Assembly (NCBI GenBank): GCA_037379345.1
Contig: CM074515.1
Coordinates: forward strand, 4,216,001-4,280,000
Length of the DNA: 64,000 bases
Origin: Perna viridis
Taxonomy: Eukaryota
Direction of reading: 5' to 3'
Shown here in pieces: positions 13,301-28,300 of the stretch. The position numbers were made by a program, and so were the translations under genes. Below the pieces are notes generated by a model, which was not told where the DNA came from, ran no database searches, and worked only from the letters and a program-made list of their open reading frames with translations. The number at the start of each line of letters is the position of its first letter. Position 1 is the stretch's first letter.

Positions 13301-16300
13301 TTTAGTTTTTTTTGCTATATTCCAAATATGTGAAAAGTAAAAGCTTTAGATACCCAATTTTAATATACATTTCATGTCAACAATTATTAAAAGACTGAAT
13401 GATACTGCTTTCGCAATGAAACAGAGAATACACACAACTTTTACTTTTTGAAAAGAAGATGTATAAAATATTTTTAATGTGTAGATACATTTGTACCCCT
13501 TTCCAACCTTTTGGCTATATTTCTGAAGTGTTTTGAATATGTATTTCATAAGTCATTTGTGAACATTTTGACCTTTCAATATATTTTTTTTTCTAGGTAA
13601 ATACATCAGAAACCATGTCACATTTGATCTAACTGTCACTGATAAGTTACGGTCATTAGTTGGAGAATCACATTTGTACTGTGTCATAGGTATGACTGGA
13701 TGTCAGCATCTTATTGATATAATGTGTTTTGATAATGGTTTTATTGGTAAATGCAATTGTCTTAATATAAAGCTGCAGCTGAGGTGTGCAGTGTTGTCCA
13801 TCTTTGGTTTATGTAATTTGATAGTTAAATTTAAATAGGTCTATGTTGGTTATAATAATGACATGTACATTTACTATAATGACCAGTAATCTTCAGCTGT
13901 CCAAGCCAGATAAAAATGGTAATTATAGGCAAGATGTTCACCCAGGACAGTACTGTATATAAATGTGATTCCTTTAATTTATCCATAGAGTATAATCTTA
14001 TCTCTTGGTGGTTTGAGAGGAGCATTTTCGAGATAAGATGATTATTTTGAATTTGCAATTGGTATTAAAATAGTTGGTTACATCAATATTGGTACCAATT
14101 GCGGAGGTGAAATGTTGGAGGAGTATTGCTTTGTAAAATGTAAATAATTTATGTGCAGAACGTTTTTACTGTTTACAAGGTATGTTGAGATTTAGACATA
14201 ACTTTAAGTGTAATATTGCCCGCCGGTGTGTTGGCAGTGTGGGAGAATGTTGCTTGGTTAATAAGCATTTATTTTATAATCATGCAGCTCGTGGAGTTCT
14301 GATCGACAATTTCATCAATTATTTTGTTGACAGATAGAAAAAGATTCACCTTTCGGTATTCCCAAATAATAACGAATTTGAAAAAATTGTAGGCCGACCC
14401 TCAACCGCATTGTTGTTGTGGTCGGCCATTGACCTTCAGGCTTCAGTGTTTTTTATTAACTACAGATAAATGCCGAGAGCTTCCACGATCACTGATTGGT
14501 CACTTCTATTTTACTCATCCAATGAAAACTTACAATCTATTTTCTTTTATTTTTAGCATGGGATTTTCTTGCAAATATCCAGGAGTCAGGGGAATTTCCA
14601 AAAATAAAACGACATTCACGTACTTTTATCTTTATTTTATTGTTGGCTAAAATAGGGTCAGCATTCCGGTAAAACAGATTATAAAAGCCTTATAGGAGGG
14701 ATAGAAAACAACTATTGTTTTTAAGTTTTAGAAAACAAATGTATGGTGTTATCTATGAAAATATTAAGTACAGCCATTAAAAAGATATAAATACCAGGAC
14801 AATTATTGAAATGAAAATTGGTTACCATTTTTTCCTGAGCCACATTTTCCCTGAATATCATTGCCTGTATAAACCTTTCTTTCCATTCAGAATCACTGAT
14901 GATGGTGTCCGATTTCTCCATTACTCCTGAAAGTATTACACAGATATGATGTAAGCCATTATAGGTTGGTAGAAATAATTGATCATTTTTAAATTTTGCA
15001 AAATGTTCCTAAAACTTGGCAAAAAGAGAAAGAACAGTCAATGAAATCCAAACCTGATTTTGATAACAAACACAACAGGCAGTTTAACATTGATATATAG
15101 TAAAAACACACATGTATGTAAGTCATAGGTGGAAAAGGAAATAAAGGAGTGTACATTTCCACTCAAAAGTCATCAACATCATTTTACATGTATTTTATAC
15201 CTGAAAGAGAGGCCTCTGCTTTTAATGACCCAGATGAATACTGTTGTAACATGTCTTTTAATTTCTTTATCTCCAGCTGAAGAGCTAAAACATTGCCCTG
15301 TGAGTCTTCGTTAATAACAGCCTGATAAAATACAAGTTGTAACTATGTACCTAGACATACACAAACAACAAAGGGAAATCAAGGGAACCAGGATTTGAAT
15401 GGTAATTAAAAGAATATAATAAAAGGATAACTGCTAAACAGGGATAAAGGGCAAAGACAAAAAAAAAAACATGAAATAACCAAAAAGACCAAATAAAAGA
15501 AAGAAAACTAAATGAGCAACCTGGACTCTACTAAAAACTAGGAGCATGGACCAGGTACTCCGATAGGGTAAGCTTCCTCTGCTGTTCCAGAAACATTAGT
15601 GAGTTGCTCATAAAACGTAACAGCCAGGATTGGCATAGAGGAAAGGAAAAATATGACAGTGAACAAATACGTTCTCACAGTGCAGATGGATACACCTTAA
15701 CAAACCACAAGTTCATGATGATGACCATAAAACTTTTGTAGTGACTTTAATCTTGAAGCAACAAAACTCTGTTCCAGAAGCCTTATTGTAAGGAGACTAG
15801 CATGGTACAAAAAGTCAGTGTAATTATGGCAAGCTCTTACTAAAATCAATAGTTAACAATCACAACAATCTAATATGAAATCACAAATTTTCGTTTAATT
15901 TGGTTTACTTCATGGGTAGAACAAATCAATTAAAATAAGTCCCCACAAAAATGTATCTCCAAATATATAGTTCAAACTTAAATAAAACATTATTTTAAAT
16001 TCAAATGCACTTATACTTGCACAAATGTATGTACATAAAATTAATAATCCTTTTTATTCCCTCAAAATATGTGTGCAGTAGAGCATGTAATACATAATAA
16101 CAGGAGTGCTAAGCGGTCCTATAGACATTTGTCTAAAAGGTCTAGAGGACTGCTCATTTAAACAGCAGATAATAAAAAATCATTTATGATGGAGAAAACA
16201 ATTAACACTTATCCTTTAATCCACAAGATGAATGGTTTCCATATGTCAAAACATTCATTAATGAGCTTGGCATATTCAAAATATCTTTTTCATTAACTGT

Positions 16301-19300
16301 GACAGTGCCACTGCCGATGTCATTGTTTAAGTGCACAAAACAGTAACTTGAATATATGAGCTGAAGGGAACCAAAATCGTATTATTTTAATTAATAAATG
16401 GCTATCAAAAAACATGGTATCAGCAAAAACTACGTTATTCAAAAGAATCTCCAACCTGCCATTACCAAGTGCAGTTTTTATGGAAGAATACAGCAAATCA
16501 GAGAGTTTGTATCGGAAGTGCATTTCCTTTTAACAAAAAAAATTCAATCGAGAATCCACGCAAATTCGTCCCCTTGAAATTAATTTCAAAGACAGAACAA
16601 CTAAATTTCATCCTCAAGAAAATAAATGATTGTACAATAATTGAAAAAAAAATAATATATTTGAAAATAAATAATTTGACTTTCGTAAGGATTTTTCAAG
16701 AAGAAATGTTAATGTAGTGTCTTTATCAGATTTACAGATACGCAGAATAAATTTGTACCAAATCAATTATTTACAGTACAATATTTGTTTCGTAGACCTT
16801 TGAACTTCCAAACCAACTGCTTTCCCCACTTGAACTTGGGCCCTTGCGATGTAAAATTATTTGATTTCAATATATTGATTACATTCATTCATAATTTTAG
16901 GTAAACTGCGATCACAGAAAGCTATAAATCAAACTGGCGATTGAAGATTGCTATCCATTTAAGAAATGTACCCCATTCATATTTACCAATTGTCAACACA
17001 CGATTACAACTAAGAACTAAATCCAGCTCTAAGTCCTCAACACCTTGCAGTAAAACTTTGAAACTTAGGCATTGACATTCCACATATTTTTTAACTTTGC
17101 AAACTTGCTGTAGTATCCAAAACAAGAACTAGCATTATTATTAAATCAGAAATTCTAACCATATATTACTAATGTGACATTATTTGCTTATTGGGTTTTG
17201 ACAATGTTTTACAGTATTGTCTTACCTTGTTTTTAATCATTTTTGCCCTATTGGCAAATTGTAGTGTTGATAAAGTTTCACCAAAACATCTGTAAAACAA
17301 CATTAAAAAAAGTTTTAAATATGAAAAAAGTTATGATAGTTGATGATAGACCATGGTAGTGATCACAGATTGATTGATGACAAAGTAAAAACTAGATTAA
17401 ACCAAGATCACTCACTACTACATCCTAAATCAAGTGACCACACTTACTTAAATCTATTTTTAGTAACAGTTTTCTTCACCTCCAACCAACTGACATCAAA
17501 ATCTATGGGTTTGTACCTTGTAAGTAAATTTTCCATCTGTTCACAGATAAACAGAAAGAAGTATTATTGGTTGGAGAATCTAGTTTTATGTCAACAAAGA
17601 AATCAGAAAATGGCAAAATCAGTAAATCAACAGAAAAAAAATTATGAAGGTAAAAAAATCGTGAAATTTCAAATTTGTAAGAAAATCAAGTTTAATTAAC
17701 TTAAAGTTTTCTGCTTAGTTTTTTTTATTAATGCAATGCATTTCAGAAATAGAAAACAAACCAAAAAAAATTCACAACTATGGGTCATTATTCACTACCC
17801 AGAGAAAAAAAAGAGTCAATCATTATTAGTTTTAGCCGGTTATAATCTTACTTGGATGCTGGATGTACACATGCTATAATGTGGGTCATAGCATTTCCTC
17901 CAAGTGAATCCTGTCAATAAAAATGGGTCATTTATTTATTCACACCATTTGTATATTATGTAGATCAAATAAAAAAAAAATCATTTTCTGGTATACAGAA
18001 GTTTTTAAAAAAGATTTCAAATATATATATGAATGAGCTTCAATGACAAAAATCTCATTAATAACAAAATATGGCATAATACCAAGGAATGCGGTTTAAT
18101 GGGTCTTATTATTCATATTCAAATTGTATGCTATCATACCCTAATTTTTCCCAAGTTTATTGAACCAAAATTACAAATAAATCCAAACTAATCTGCAGAC
18201 TTTTTTGGTTTTTGGTGTGTAGATTAGTACTTAACCTCAGAAGAAATGTCATCTTATTTCTTACCCTCAAAAGAAATGTCAACTTAGAATCTCTGTATGG
18301 TATATGTCTGGCTTTACCATGGCTGATCCTGACCAAAGAGTTAATTACATTACCAAGGATTGACAACGACTTGTTTATAGAACCTGCTTCCTGGAAATAA
18401 TATTAAACATGGGTATCAGGTTATTACTAAATCAATATGACAAAAAATAATCTTTTATTTCAGTAATTACAACAGTTTGAAGTTGCTGTCTTTATATATT
18501 TCATGGAGATCAATAAGTATTTACTTACCTACATGTTCACTGTACCAACAGAAAGATAAATATACCTTTAACCTTTTACCAACAGCATTTGTATCTTTTT
18601 GTCTTTCACTACCAGCTAGATCTACTAAATTCAACTGAGACATCCTCAAATTTTGTACTCCATCTTTCTTTTCCTAGAATGAAAAACAACAAAAAAACTG
18701 AATTATTAAAAGTCATGCTACAGGTCCTTTGATTATGTAATCAGACTAAAGACCAGGTCTGGTATAAGTTTCATCTAGTCTCATTGGCATGTCATTTTCT
18801 CATGATAATCAGTTTCCAACTCTAATGACTTGTGAATCAAAACTGTAAATGCTTTAGAATTAGGATTTACAGGTATAAATAATATCAATATATCCAATAC
18901 ATAGACTCACAATTCTATCTAGTTTTGGAGTAGCATTAACATATTACTGAAAAGAAGATTTAATTTAACACAAACATGGCAACCACTCATGCAAGTATTC
19001 AATATCTATATCAATCTTACTATAAGTAAGTTCTCAGTTTTTAATATCACATTGATAAGCTTGATAAAAGTTTACCTTAGATTCTACCATAACTGTAAAC
19101 ACCGCATGGCTCCTTGAACTCTCTCGATTCATTGATGTGGACGCAACTCTTCTGTTTATCCAACCAGCATTTAATACCTAAAAAGATAATTAAAGTTCTT
19201 CACCTAATTAGTTCTCAATACTGAAAATATATTTGATCAAATATATCCAGTTTATTCACCGTTGTTTTGTTTACATTTTCCCTCCCATCCCTCGGAGAAT

Positions 19301-22300
19301 TATTCATAAGTTAACAAATAAGAGCAGACAATGGGTGTATAACAATAAGAGCAGACAATGGGCGTATAACAATAAGAGCAAACAATGGGTGTATAACAAC
19401 AAGAGCAGACAATGGGCGTATAACAACAAGGGCAGACAATGGGCGTATAACAATTAGAGCAGACAATGGGCGTATAACAATAAGAGCAGACAATGGGTGT
19501 AAAACAATAAGAGCAGACAATGGATGTATAACAACCAGAGCAGACAATGGGTGTATAACAATAAGAGCAGACAATGGGCGTATAACAATAAGAGCAGACA
19601 ATGGGTGTATAACAACAAGAGCAGACAATGGGCGTATAACAACAAGAGCAGACAATGGGCGTATAACAATTAGAGCAGACAATGGGCGTATAACAATAAG
19701 AGCAGACAATGGGTGTATAACAATAAGAGCAGACAATGGGTGTATAACAATAAGAGCAGACAATGGGTGTATAACAATAAGAGCAGACAATGGGCGTATA
19801 ACAATAAGAGCAGACAATGGGCGTATAAGAGCAGACAATGGGTGTATAACAACAAGAGCAGACAATGAGTGTATAACAATAAGAGCATACAATGGGCGTA
19901 TAACAATAAGAGCAGACAATGGGCATATAAGAGCAGACAATGGGTGTATAACAATAAGAGCAGACAATGGGTGTATAACAACAAGAGCATACAATGGGCG
20001 TATAACAACAAGAGCAGACAATGGGTGTATAACAACAAGAGCAGACAATGGGTGTATAACAATAAGAGCAGACAATGGGTGTATAACAACAAGAGCATAC
20101 AATGGGCGTATAACAACAAGAGCAGACAATGGGTGTATAACAATAAGAGCAGACAATGGGTGTATAACAATAAGAGCAGACAATGGGTGTATAACAATAA
20201 GAGCAGACAATGGGCGTATAACAATAAGAGCAGACAATGGGTGTATAACAATAAGAGCAGACAATGGGCGTATAACAACAAGAGCAGACAATGGGTGTAT
20301 AAAGCAGACAATGGGTGCATAACAATAAGAGCAGACAATGGGTGTATAACAATAAGAGCAGACAATGGGTGTATAACAACAAGAGCAGACAATGGGTGCA
20401 TAACAATAAGAGCAGACAATGGGCGTATAACAATAAGAGCAGACAATGGGCGTATAACAATAAGAGCAGACAATGGGCGTATAAGAGCAGACAATGGGCG
20501 TATAACAATAAGAGCAGACAATGGGTGTATAACAATAAGAGCAGACAATGGGTGTATAACAACAAGAGCAGACAATGGGTGTATAAGAGCAGACAATGGG
20601 CGTATAACAATAAGAGCAGACAATGGGTGTATAAGAGCAGACAATGGGTGTATAACAATAAGAGCAGAAAATGGGCGTATAACAATAAGAGCAGACAATG
20701 GGCATATAACAATAAGAGCAGACAATGGGTGTATAACAATAAGAGCAGACAATGGGCGTATAACAACAAGAGCAGACAATGGGCGTATAACAATAAGAGC
20801 AGACAATGGGTGTATAACAATAAGAGCAGACAATGGGCGTATAACAATAAGAGCAGACAATGGGCGTATAACAATAAGAGCAAACAATGGGCGTATAACA
20901 ATAAGAGCAGACAATGGGCGTATAACAATAAGAGCAGACAATGGGTGTATAACAATAAGAGCAGACAATGGGCGTATAACAATAAGAGCAGACAATGGGT
21001 GTATAACAATAAGAGCAGACAATGGATGTATAACAACCAGAGCAGACAATGGGTGTATAACAATAAGAGCAGACAATGGGCGTATAACAATAAGAGCAGA
21101 CAATGGGTGTATAACAACAAGAGCAGACAATGGGTGTATAACAACAAGAGCAGACAATGGGCGTATAACAATTAGAGCAGACAATGGGCGTATAACAATA
21201 AGAGCAGACAATGGGTGTATAACAATAAGAGCAGACAATGGGTGTATAACAATAAGAGCAGACAATGGGTGTATAACAATAAGAGCAGACAATGGGCGTA
21301 TAACAATAAGAGCAGACAATGGGCGTATAAGAGCAGACAATGGGTGTATAACAACAAGAGCAGACAATGAAAGTATAACAATAAGAGCATACAATGGGCG
21401 TATAACAATAAGAGCAGACAATGGGCATATAAGAGCAGACAATGGGTGTATAACAATAAGAGCAGACAATGGGTGTATAACAACAAGAGCATACAATGGG
21501 CGTATAACAACAAGAGCAGACAATGGGTGTATAACAACAAGAGCAGACAATGGGTGTATAACAATAAGAGCAGACAATGGGTGTATAACAACAAGAGCAT
21601 ACAATGGGCGTATAACAACAAGAGCAGACAATGGGTGTATAACAATAAGAGCAGACAATGGGTGTATAACAATAAGAGCAGACAATGGGTGTATAACAAT
21701 AAGAGCAGACAATGGGCGTATAACAATAAGAGCAGACAATGGGTGTATAACAATAAGAGCAGACAATGGGCGTATAACAACAAGAGCAGACAATGGGTGT
21801 ATAAAGCAGACAATGGGTGCATAACAATAAGAGCAGACAATGGGTGTATAACAATAAGAGCAGACAATGGGTGTATAACAACAAGAGCAGACAATGGGTG
21901 CATAACAATAAGAGCAGACAATGGGCGTATAACAATAAGAGCAGACAATGGGCGTATAACAATAAGAGCAGACAATGGGCGTATAAGAGCAGACAATGGG
22001 CGTATAACAATAAGAGCAGACAATGGGTGTATAACAATAAGAGCAGACAATGGGTGTATAACAACAAGAGCAGACAATGGGTGTATAAGAGCAGACAATG
22101 GGCGTATAACAATAAGAGCAGACAATGGGTGTATAAGAGCAGACAATGGGTGTATAACAATAAGAGCAGAAAATGGGCGTATAACAATAAGAGCAGACAA
22201 TGGGCATATAACAATAAGAGCAGACAATGGGTGTATAACAATAAGAGCAGACAATGGGCGTATAACAACAAGAGCAGACAATGGGCGTATAACAATAAGA

Positions 22301-25300
22301 GCAGACAATGGGTGTATAACAATAAGAGCAGACAATGGGCGTATAACAATAAGAGCAGACAATGGGTGTATAACAATAAGAGCAGACAATGGGCGTATAA
22401 CAATAAGAGCAGACAATGGGCGTATAACAATAAGAGCAGACAATGGGTGTATAACAATAAGAGCAGACAATGGGCGTATAACAATAAGAGCAGACAATGG
22501 GTGTATAACAATAAGAGCAGACAATGGGCGTATAACAACAAGAGCAGACAATGGGTGTATAACAACAAGAGCAGACAATGGGCGTATAACAACAAGAGCA
22601 GACAATGGGCGTATAACAATAAGAGCAGACAATGGGCGCATAACAATAAGAGCAGACAATGGGCGTATAACAATAAGAGCAGACAATGGGCGTATAACAA
22701 TAAGAGCAGACAATGGGTGTATAACAACAAGAGCAGACAATGGGCGTATAACAATAAGAGCAGACAATGGGCATATAACAATAAGAGCAGACAATGGGTG
22801 TATAACAATAAGAGCAGACAATGGGTTTATAACAACAAGAGCAGACAATGGGTGTATAACAACAAGAGCAGACAATGGGCGTATAACAATAAGAGCAGAC
22901 AATGGGTGCATAACAATAAGAGCAGACAATGGGCGTATAACAATAAGAGCAGACAATGGGCGTATAACAATAAGAGCAGACAATGGGCGTATAACAATAA
23001 TAGTACTAAACAACAACAAATATTTTTTGTCATATGCACATACTTGGTAAGCTTCAGTAGCACTAGCTACAGCTGTCTCCACCAAACCTTCAACAAACAC
23101 TCCTTTCTTCATGTTTTCTCTCAAATGTAGACCTCTGTTAGATGGCTCTAACAAATCAAAAACATCCTCTCTGTAAATCTCCAGAAAGGAACATTTCAAC
23201 AGAAATTCTTTTCCTTTGTTCTTAACAAAAAAAAAAAAATTAATGTTAAAAACCTTACACAATACATTCTTCTCTGTTCAGACATTCTATTAAAATAATG
23301 AATTCATGCATTTCATACCGTTTTTATTCTTCTTAAAATAAAAAGCATTGCAGTGTCCAGCTTGATATAACCTCAGAGGTAAAACCCAGAACAATTGGGA
23401 CAAGTACGGACACAACATTTAAACTTCTTTGACTTTGAATTGTGATGAATTATTAGATTTTGATCAGAATGAAAGAAGACAAAGAACTTAATAATTTGCT
23501 GTTAGACATCAGTATTTTATACAGTTTGAAGAAATGGCTTATTTCTAGCCCCTTTCTACAAAGTAAATTATAAAATTTCATTTAGTATTTCAAGTAATTT
23601 CATAATGTTCAATATATACCTTTCATCCGTAAAAATTAAAGACACGCAATCTTAATGAACATGCCAACAATACCACATGCAATCTAAGTGAGCACGCCAA
23701 CAATACCTCAAACAAACTTAGTGAGTATGCCAACAATATCTCACACAGCCATAGTGAGCATGCCAACAATACCTCACACAACCTTCGTGAGCATGCCAAC
23801 AATATCTCACACAGCCTTAGTGAGCATGCCAACAATACCTCACACAGCCTTATTGAGCATGCCGACAATACCTCACACAACCTTAGTAAGCATGCTGACA
23901 ATACATCACACACACACACACATCTGCACTTGTAAACAAAATTTTTATTGCTACTATTTACCAAAGTTTGAAGGAATTCATTCAAAAAGAGGAGGTGCTA
24001 TCAAGTGACAAAAATGTCTGACGGATGGACAGACAGGTCAAAACTTTGCTGTATGGGGTATGACAAGTCAGATAAAAAAAAATATGATTTGGCACATTTG
24101 AATAAAGTTCTCCAAAGTTGAATGGGAAAAATTTGGGATATAAAATATTACCATCTCTTTTTCTTTCTCCACTAAATTAAAGAGATTTTCAAAACTTCGT
24201 GGAATAATTCCTCTTAATTCATGCTGAAAGTTTTCATCATCTTCACAAGGTCCTGAAATATAATGAAAAACTCCAATGTCAAAAGCATACTCATAAATTG
24301 GTAAGAACGATATACCAAAGTCTTTCTCACATACACAACACATTTTCCCAAAACAGGCTATCCTTATGAGATATTCATATTGCTGGACTACAAGCTACAT
24401 GTTCATATGTTTCACAACAAAGACAAATAATCCAAATAAAGAGTCAGTCCTGTCAATGCCTATGTCAAATGAGTATGTACAGTGTCAAATAATTTGTGTT
24501 CAGTTACTGGAAAATATAACCATAATTTTTGTAGTTTACTTATTTTAACTATTTTGGTGATGGACTGAAAAGCATGAAAAAAATTATTTGCAAAATTGAA
24601 TTTTTAACACTATATAACACTTATCATTTTATGAAACCGTGAAAATGATACCCACGAATCTGTTCACTGGACGGAATCCACAAAAATTAGCAGCCACAAA
24701 ATAATTAGAATGCTTACAGTGTACTAACATACTATGCTAAAGGCAAGAACTGTTGAATTTCTTTTTGACAGATAGTAATTTTAACATCAATTTAAAACCA
24801 GAATAAAAAAAAGATTGCTAACCATAAAGTTGCATATATGTTGTCATTGTTCATCCAAACTTTTAACATTATTCCCTATCAATTGGAAGCCCTGTGCTGC
24901 TATTTTTTTGGAAAATTAATTGTCTCTTTGAAATATTCCCAATTTCATCATTTAAGTCAAGCTGCAAACTTCAAACTATGCCTACAGTATATTTTTGGGA
25001 CAGAATTTTTTGATAGAAAGTTGATGTCTAACATGAGCCAAAATTGATAACAACGTACAATTTATTATTAACCTGAAAAATAAAAAATATTCCCAGAAAA
25101 AAAGAGCCAAGATTTTCGTGACAGAAGTTTTCACTATCACTGACATGCACTGAAAAGATCTGCTAAACAAGAATGTGATATCTGGCAGTTGGAATACAGA
25201 TAGAAGAATGGACAGCATGATGGAATATAAAAAATGTATACTAACAGTTCACATTTAGTTTTTTTACAGTCATTTAGCTTACCTAACATGGTATGTGTTT

Positions 25301-28300
25301 TTCCAGAGCCAGTCTGTCCACTGAAATAGCAGAAATCATGTGATAGATAAGAACCAATATAACAAAAATCATCAAAATTTGTATTCCAGGTACAAATTAG
25401 TGATGGTCCAACACCCTCAATTTCAGACCTTGGACTTATAAAAATTCATTATCTGGGGTCCAAGACTTTTAAATTAAATGACACTTTTAGAATACTTTTG
25501 ATTTTCCTTAAGTGGACCATTAATTTTAAGCTTGAGACAGGCCAGGACCTTTTACTCTTTAAAGTAAATCTGATTCTCTGTTAAATTCTAATTATGTAAT
25601 TATTATTCCATAACAAAGTTTCACATAATATGAATCAGGATAATTTTTTAAAACATAAATTTGCAACATGATCAAAAAGGTTGCTCCATGTAAAAAATTA
25701 TGATCTAAATGTACTTTAAAACATTGTCTTTAAATACAAAGACAAAGAGTGGAATACTCTGTACCAGGGTTCACCATGACATCTTTTCGCATGGCAATGC
25801 AGCATGTGTTATTTTCTTTGCATCATGTGTTCATTTGGTGTGCGCTATGTATTCAAATTTGTGTCATGCATTGCAAATCAGCACTGTATTTTCTAATTAC
25901 TCTTGCCTATTAACCACCTATACCTGTCATAAATCAATATGATTGGCGTGTGTGTTTATTTTGACAGTAATGTCTGGGGGATTAATGTGTTGGGGAGTGA
26001 AATGTGTGAGTAAACAAATCTTAGATCTGCCAAATTGGTGATTATCATCATTGGCAAAATCAATAAGATTCAAATAAGCTGGACGATTTCTACAGTTTTT
26101 TCTTTAAATGAATAAAATTTGATAACTTTTCATTTAATAAAATATAGTAAGTATCAAGAGTTGAATTCAATTTGACAAAGATTGGTGTGATTGGAGAGGG
26201 AGGAAGACGTTCTTAAATTTATACAACGCCTGAACTTTCCCAGCATTTATCTAACAAAGAAAAGCAATTCAATTTATTCAACTTTCTTTGAATTGACTCC
26301 TTAAAGCTCTAAAAGATTGTTTAGTGACAGATCGAAAGAAAATGATGTACGGCTGTCTAAGTTCTTGTGGTTAAATTATAAAAAAAACTTGTTTAATGGT
26401 ATCTACACAATGACAACCTGCCAGTGATTTTAACCTCTCTAGAGCTTTGGACCTATGGTCAAGCCTGGGAAAAGAAAACTTGACCATTGGATAATTGATA
26501 ATACAGACAAAAAGATTTACAATTGCTTACTTTTAATTTCTATGTTGTAGCGTGTGCTATCAAATATGTCTGATAAAATCTTATCATACTTTCTTTGGCA
26601 ATTTATTTTCTGTGTGAAAGGATAAGCCCCACTATGAAAATTTGTCCAACTGAAGAGTAAGCCTTGTTCATTTTGATCCCAAGGAGATCCCTGTGTACTG
26701 TATTTGTGTATAAATATACATACATGTACATCTTTACCTGTATTTTTTAAGCCATACCATAATTTTTTTAAGATTGCTGAGAAGCTGGGGCTACCCATGT
26801 GCATTTGGTGTAACAATATTTCTACATTTTTCAACAAATAATTCCTTAGTATTTAATATTTCTATGTTCATGAATGCCTTTATGTTTGTAATGTATTGAA
26901 TTACGCATTGTTATCATGTGATTGACAAGGCTTTATTTAATATGCAAAACTAGGAAACTGTTTTACTCAGGATATATTCTCCCACTAATTGACTACAGTA
27001 GTTCTTTTTGGGGCAATTGTACAAAAGAAAATTTACTACATGTACTTAAAACTACAAAAGTGGGCAGCTAGGCTTATACCCGATATAGAATTCAGTGCCC
27101 CATCTAAACCTCTCTTTAATTCTTTAGGTTGGCTAACAGTTGCAAATAGAATTATATATCATATATATTATACAAGTGCCTATTGATTTTCAAATGTTTA
27201 ATTGGGTTAGCTGCATCTTATTTAGCAGATAAAATAAACTTGTTTCTGAATTAAATCCATATCATTCAAGAAATGCCATAAACAATGCTCTTTTTATTCC
27301 TAAACCTAAGACAGAACTATTCGACTATTTAGACTCTGTTTACTCCGGTCCATCATATTAGAATACCCTCCCAATTGAAACAAGAAGTGTAAAACGAATA
27401 AGTCTTTTAAAGCAGAAATAAAAAATCTTCCTAACAGACCAACAGGCAAAAGAATAATCCAACTGTTTTTACATGTACTCTAATGTAAAATGATATTTTA
27501 TGCATTTATGTATTATTTAGAAGTACTCATTTGTGGCATTGAAATTAACCTTGTATTTTTGTTTTTATGTGAGAGCCTCAGTGAAGAATAGTTGTAAACT
27601 AATTGAGTTACCCTCTTGAAATAAAGAACCATATTTTCCGGACTATAAGTCAATGTGGAGTACGAGTCGAATTGCCCAATTTGACCAAAGTCGAATTCGG
27701 CAGATAAGTCAGAGTCAGACTTGCACATTTTATTGTAGGTGTCATCAGATATGAGTTGAGCGGTTTGTTTTCAACAGCATATATTACATATTATTCCAGC
27801 GATGTCACTAAGTATAATATTTCTAAATTAAATTAATACAACATGTAATTGGAGTACTTTGTCTGCGTGTTCAAAATATTTTTATTGATTGGTGTTTAAA
27901 TGCTCTGAAGCCTTAGATCATCAGGTGTAAAAAATCGTAAACGTGGCAAACATGGGCACCCATGTGTGAAATAAGCGGGAAATTTGTTTGATGAATCGGT
28001 CATATTACTAGCGGTAATTAATAAACAATATTACCTGGTATTACAACATACAATAAAGAATAATTGTTACTTGCAAATTTGGTTGCAATTAGCCATATAG
28101 ATAACACCATAACTTATTATAATTTGAGCCACGTGCAAATGTGTTACGACATATCGTAAATGGGTATAAATTTGCATATTAAAGGACTGATAACTCCAGA
28201 ACACTCGATAACGTCTTTCCAGTTAAAAAAGAGTTTTGTTAACATATCTTCTAAAGTTTGTTTTTATATTTTAACAGTTTCAAAGTTTTTATTAACATCG

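Noticed and set aside
4978-23001. The two regular arrays as possible CRISPR arrays
   Set aside because: Head-to-tail monomers without unique spacers, no cas genes, and a eukaryotic intron context.
19233-23262. Very long ORFs (up to 1165 aa) in five frames
   Set aside because: Pure translations of a 27-bp satellite lacking stops, inside a KIF15 intron. Only 23044-23220 is a real exon.
23623-24008. 120-aa and 106-aa repetitive ORFs
   Set aside because: Translations of the 33-bp tandem repeat.
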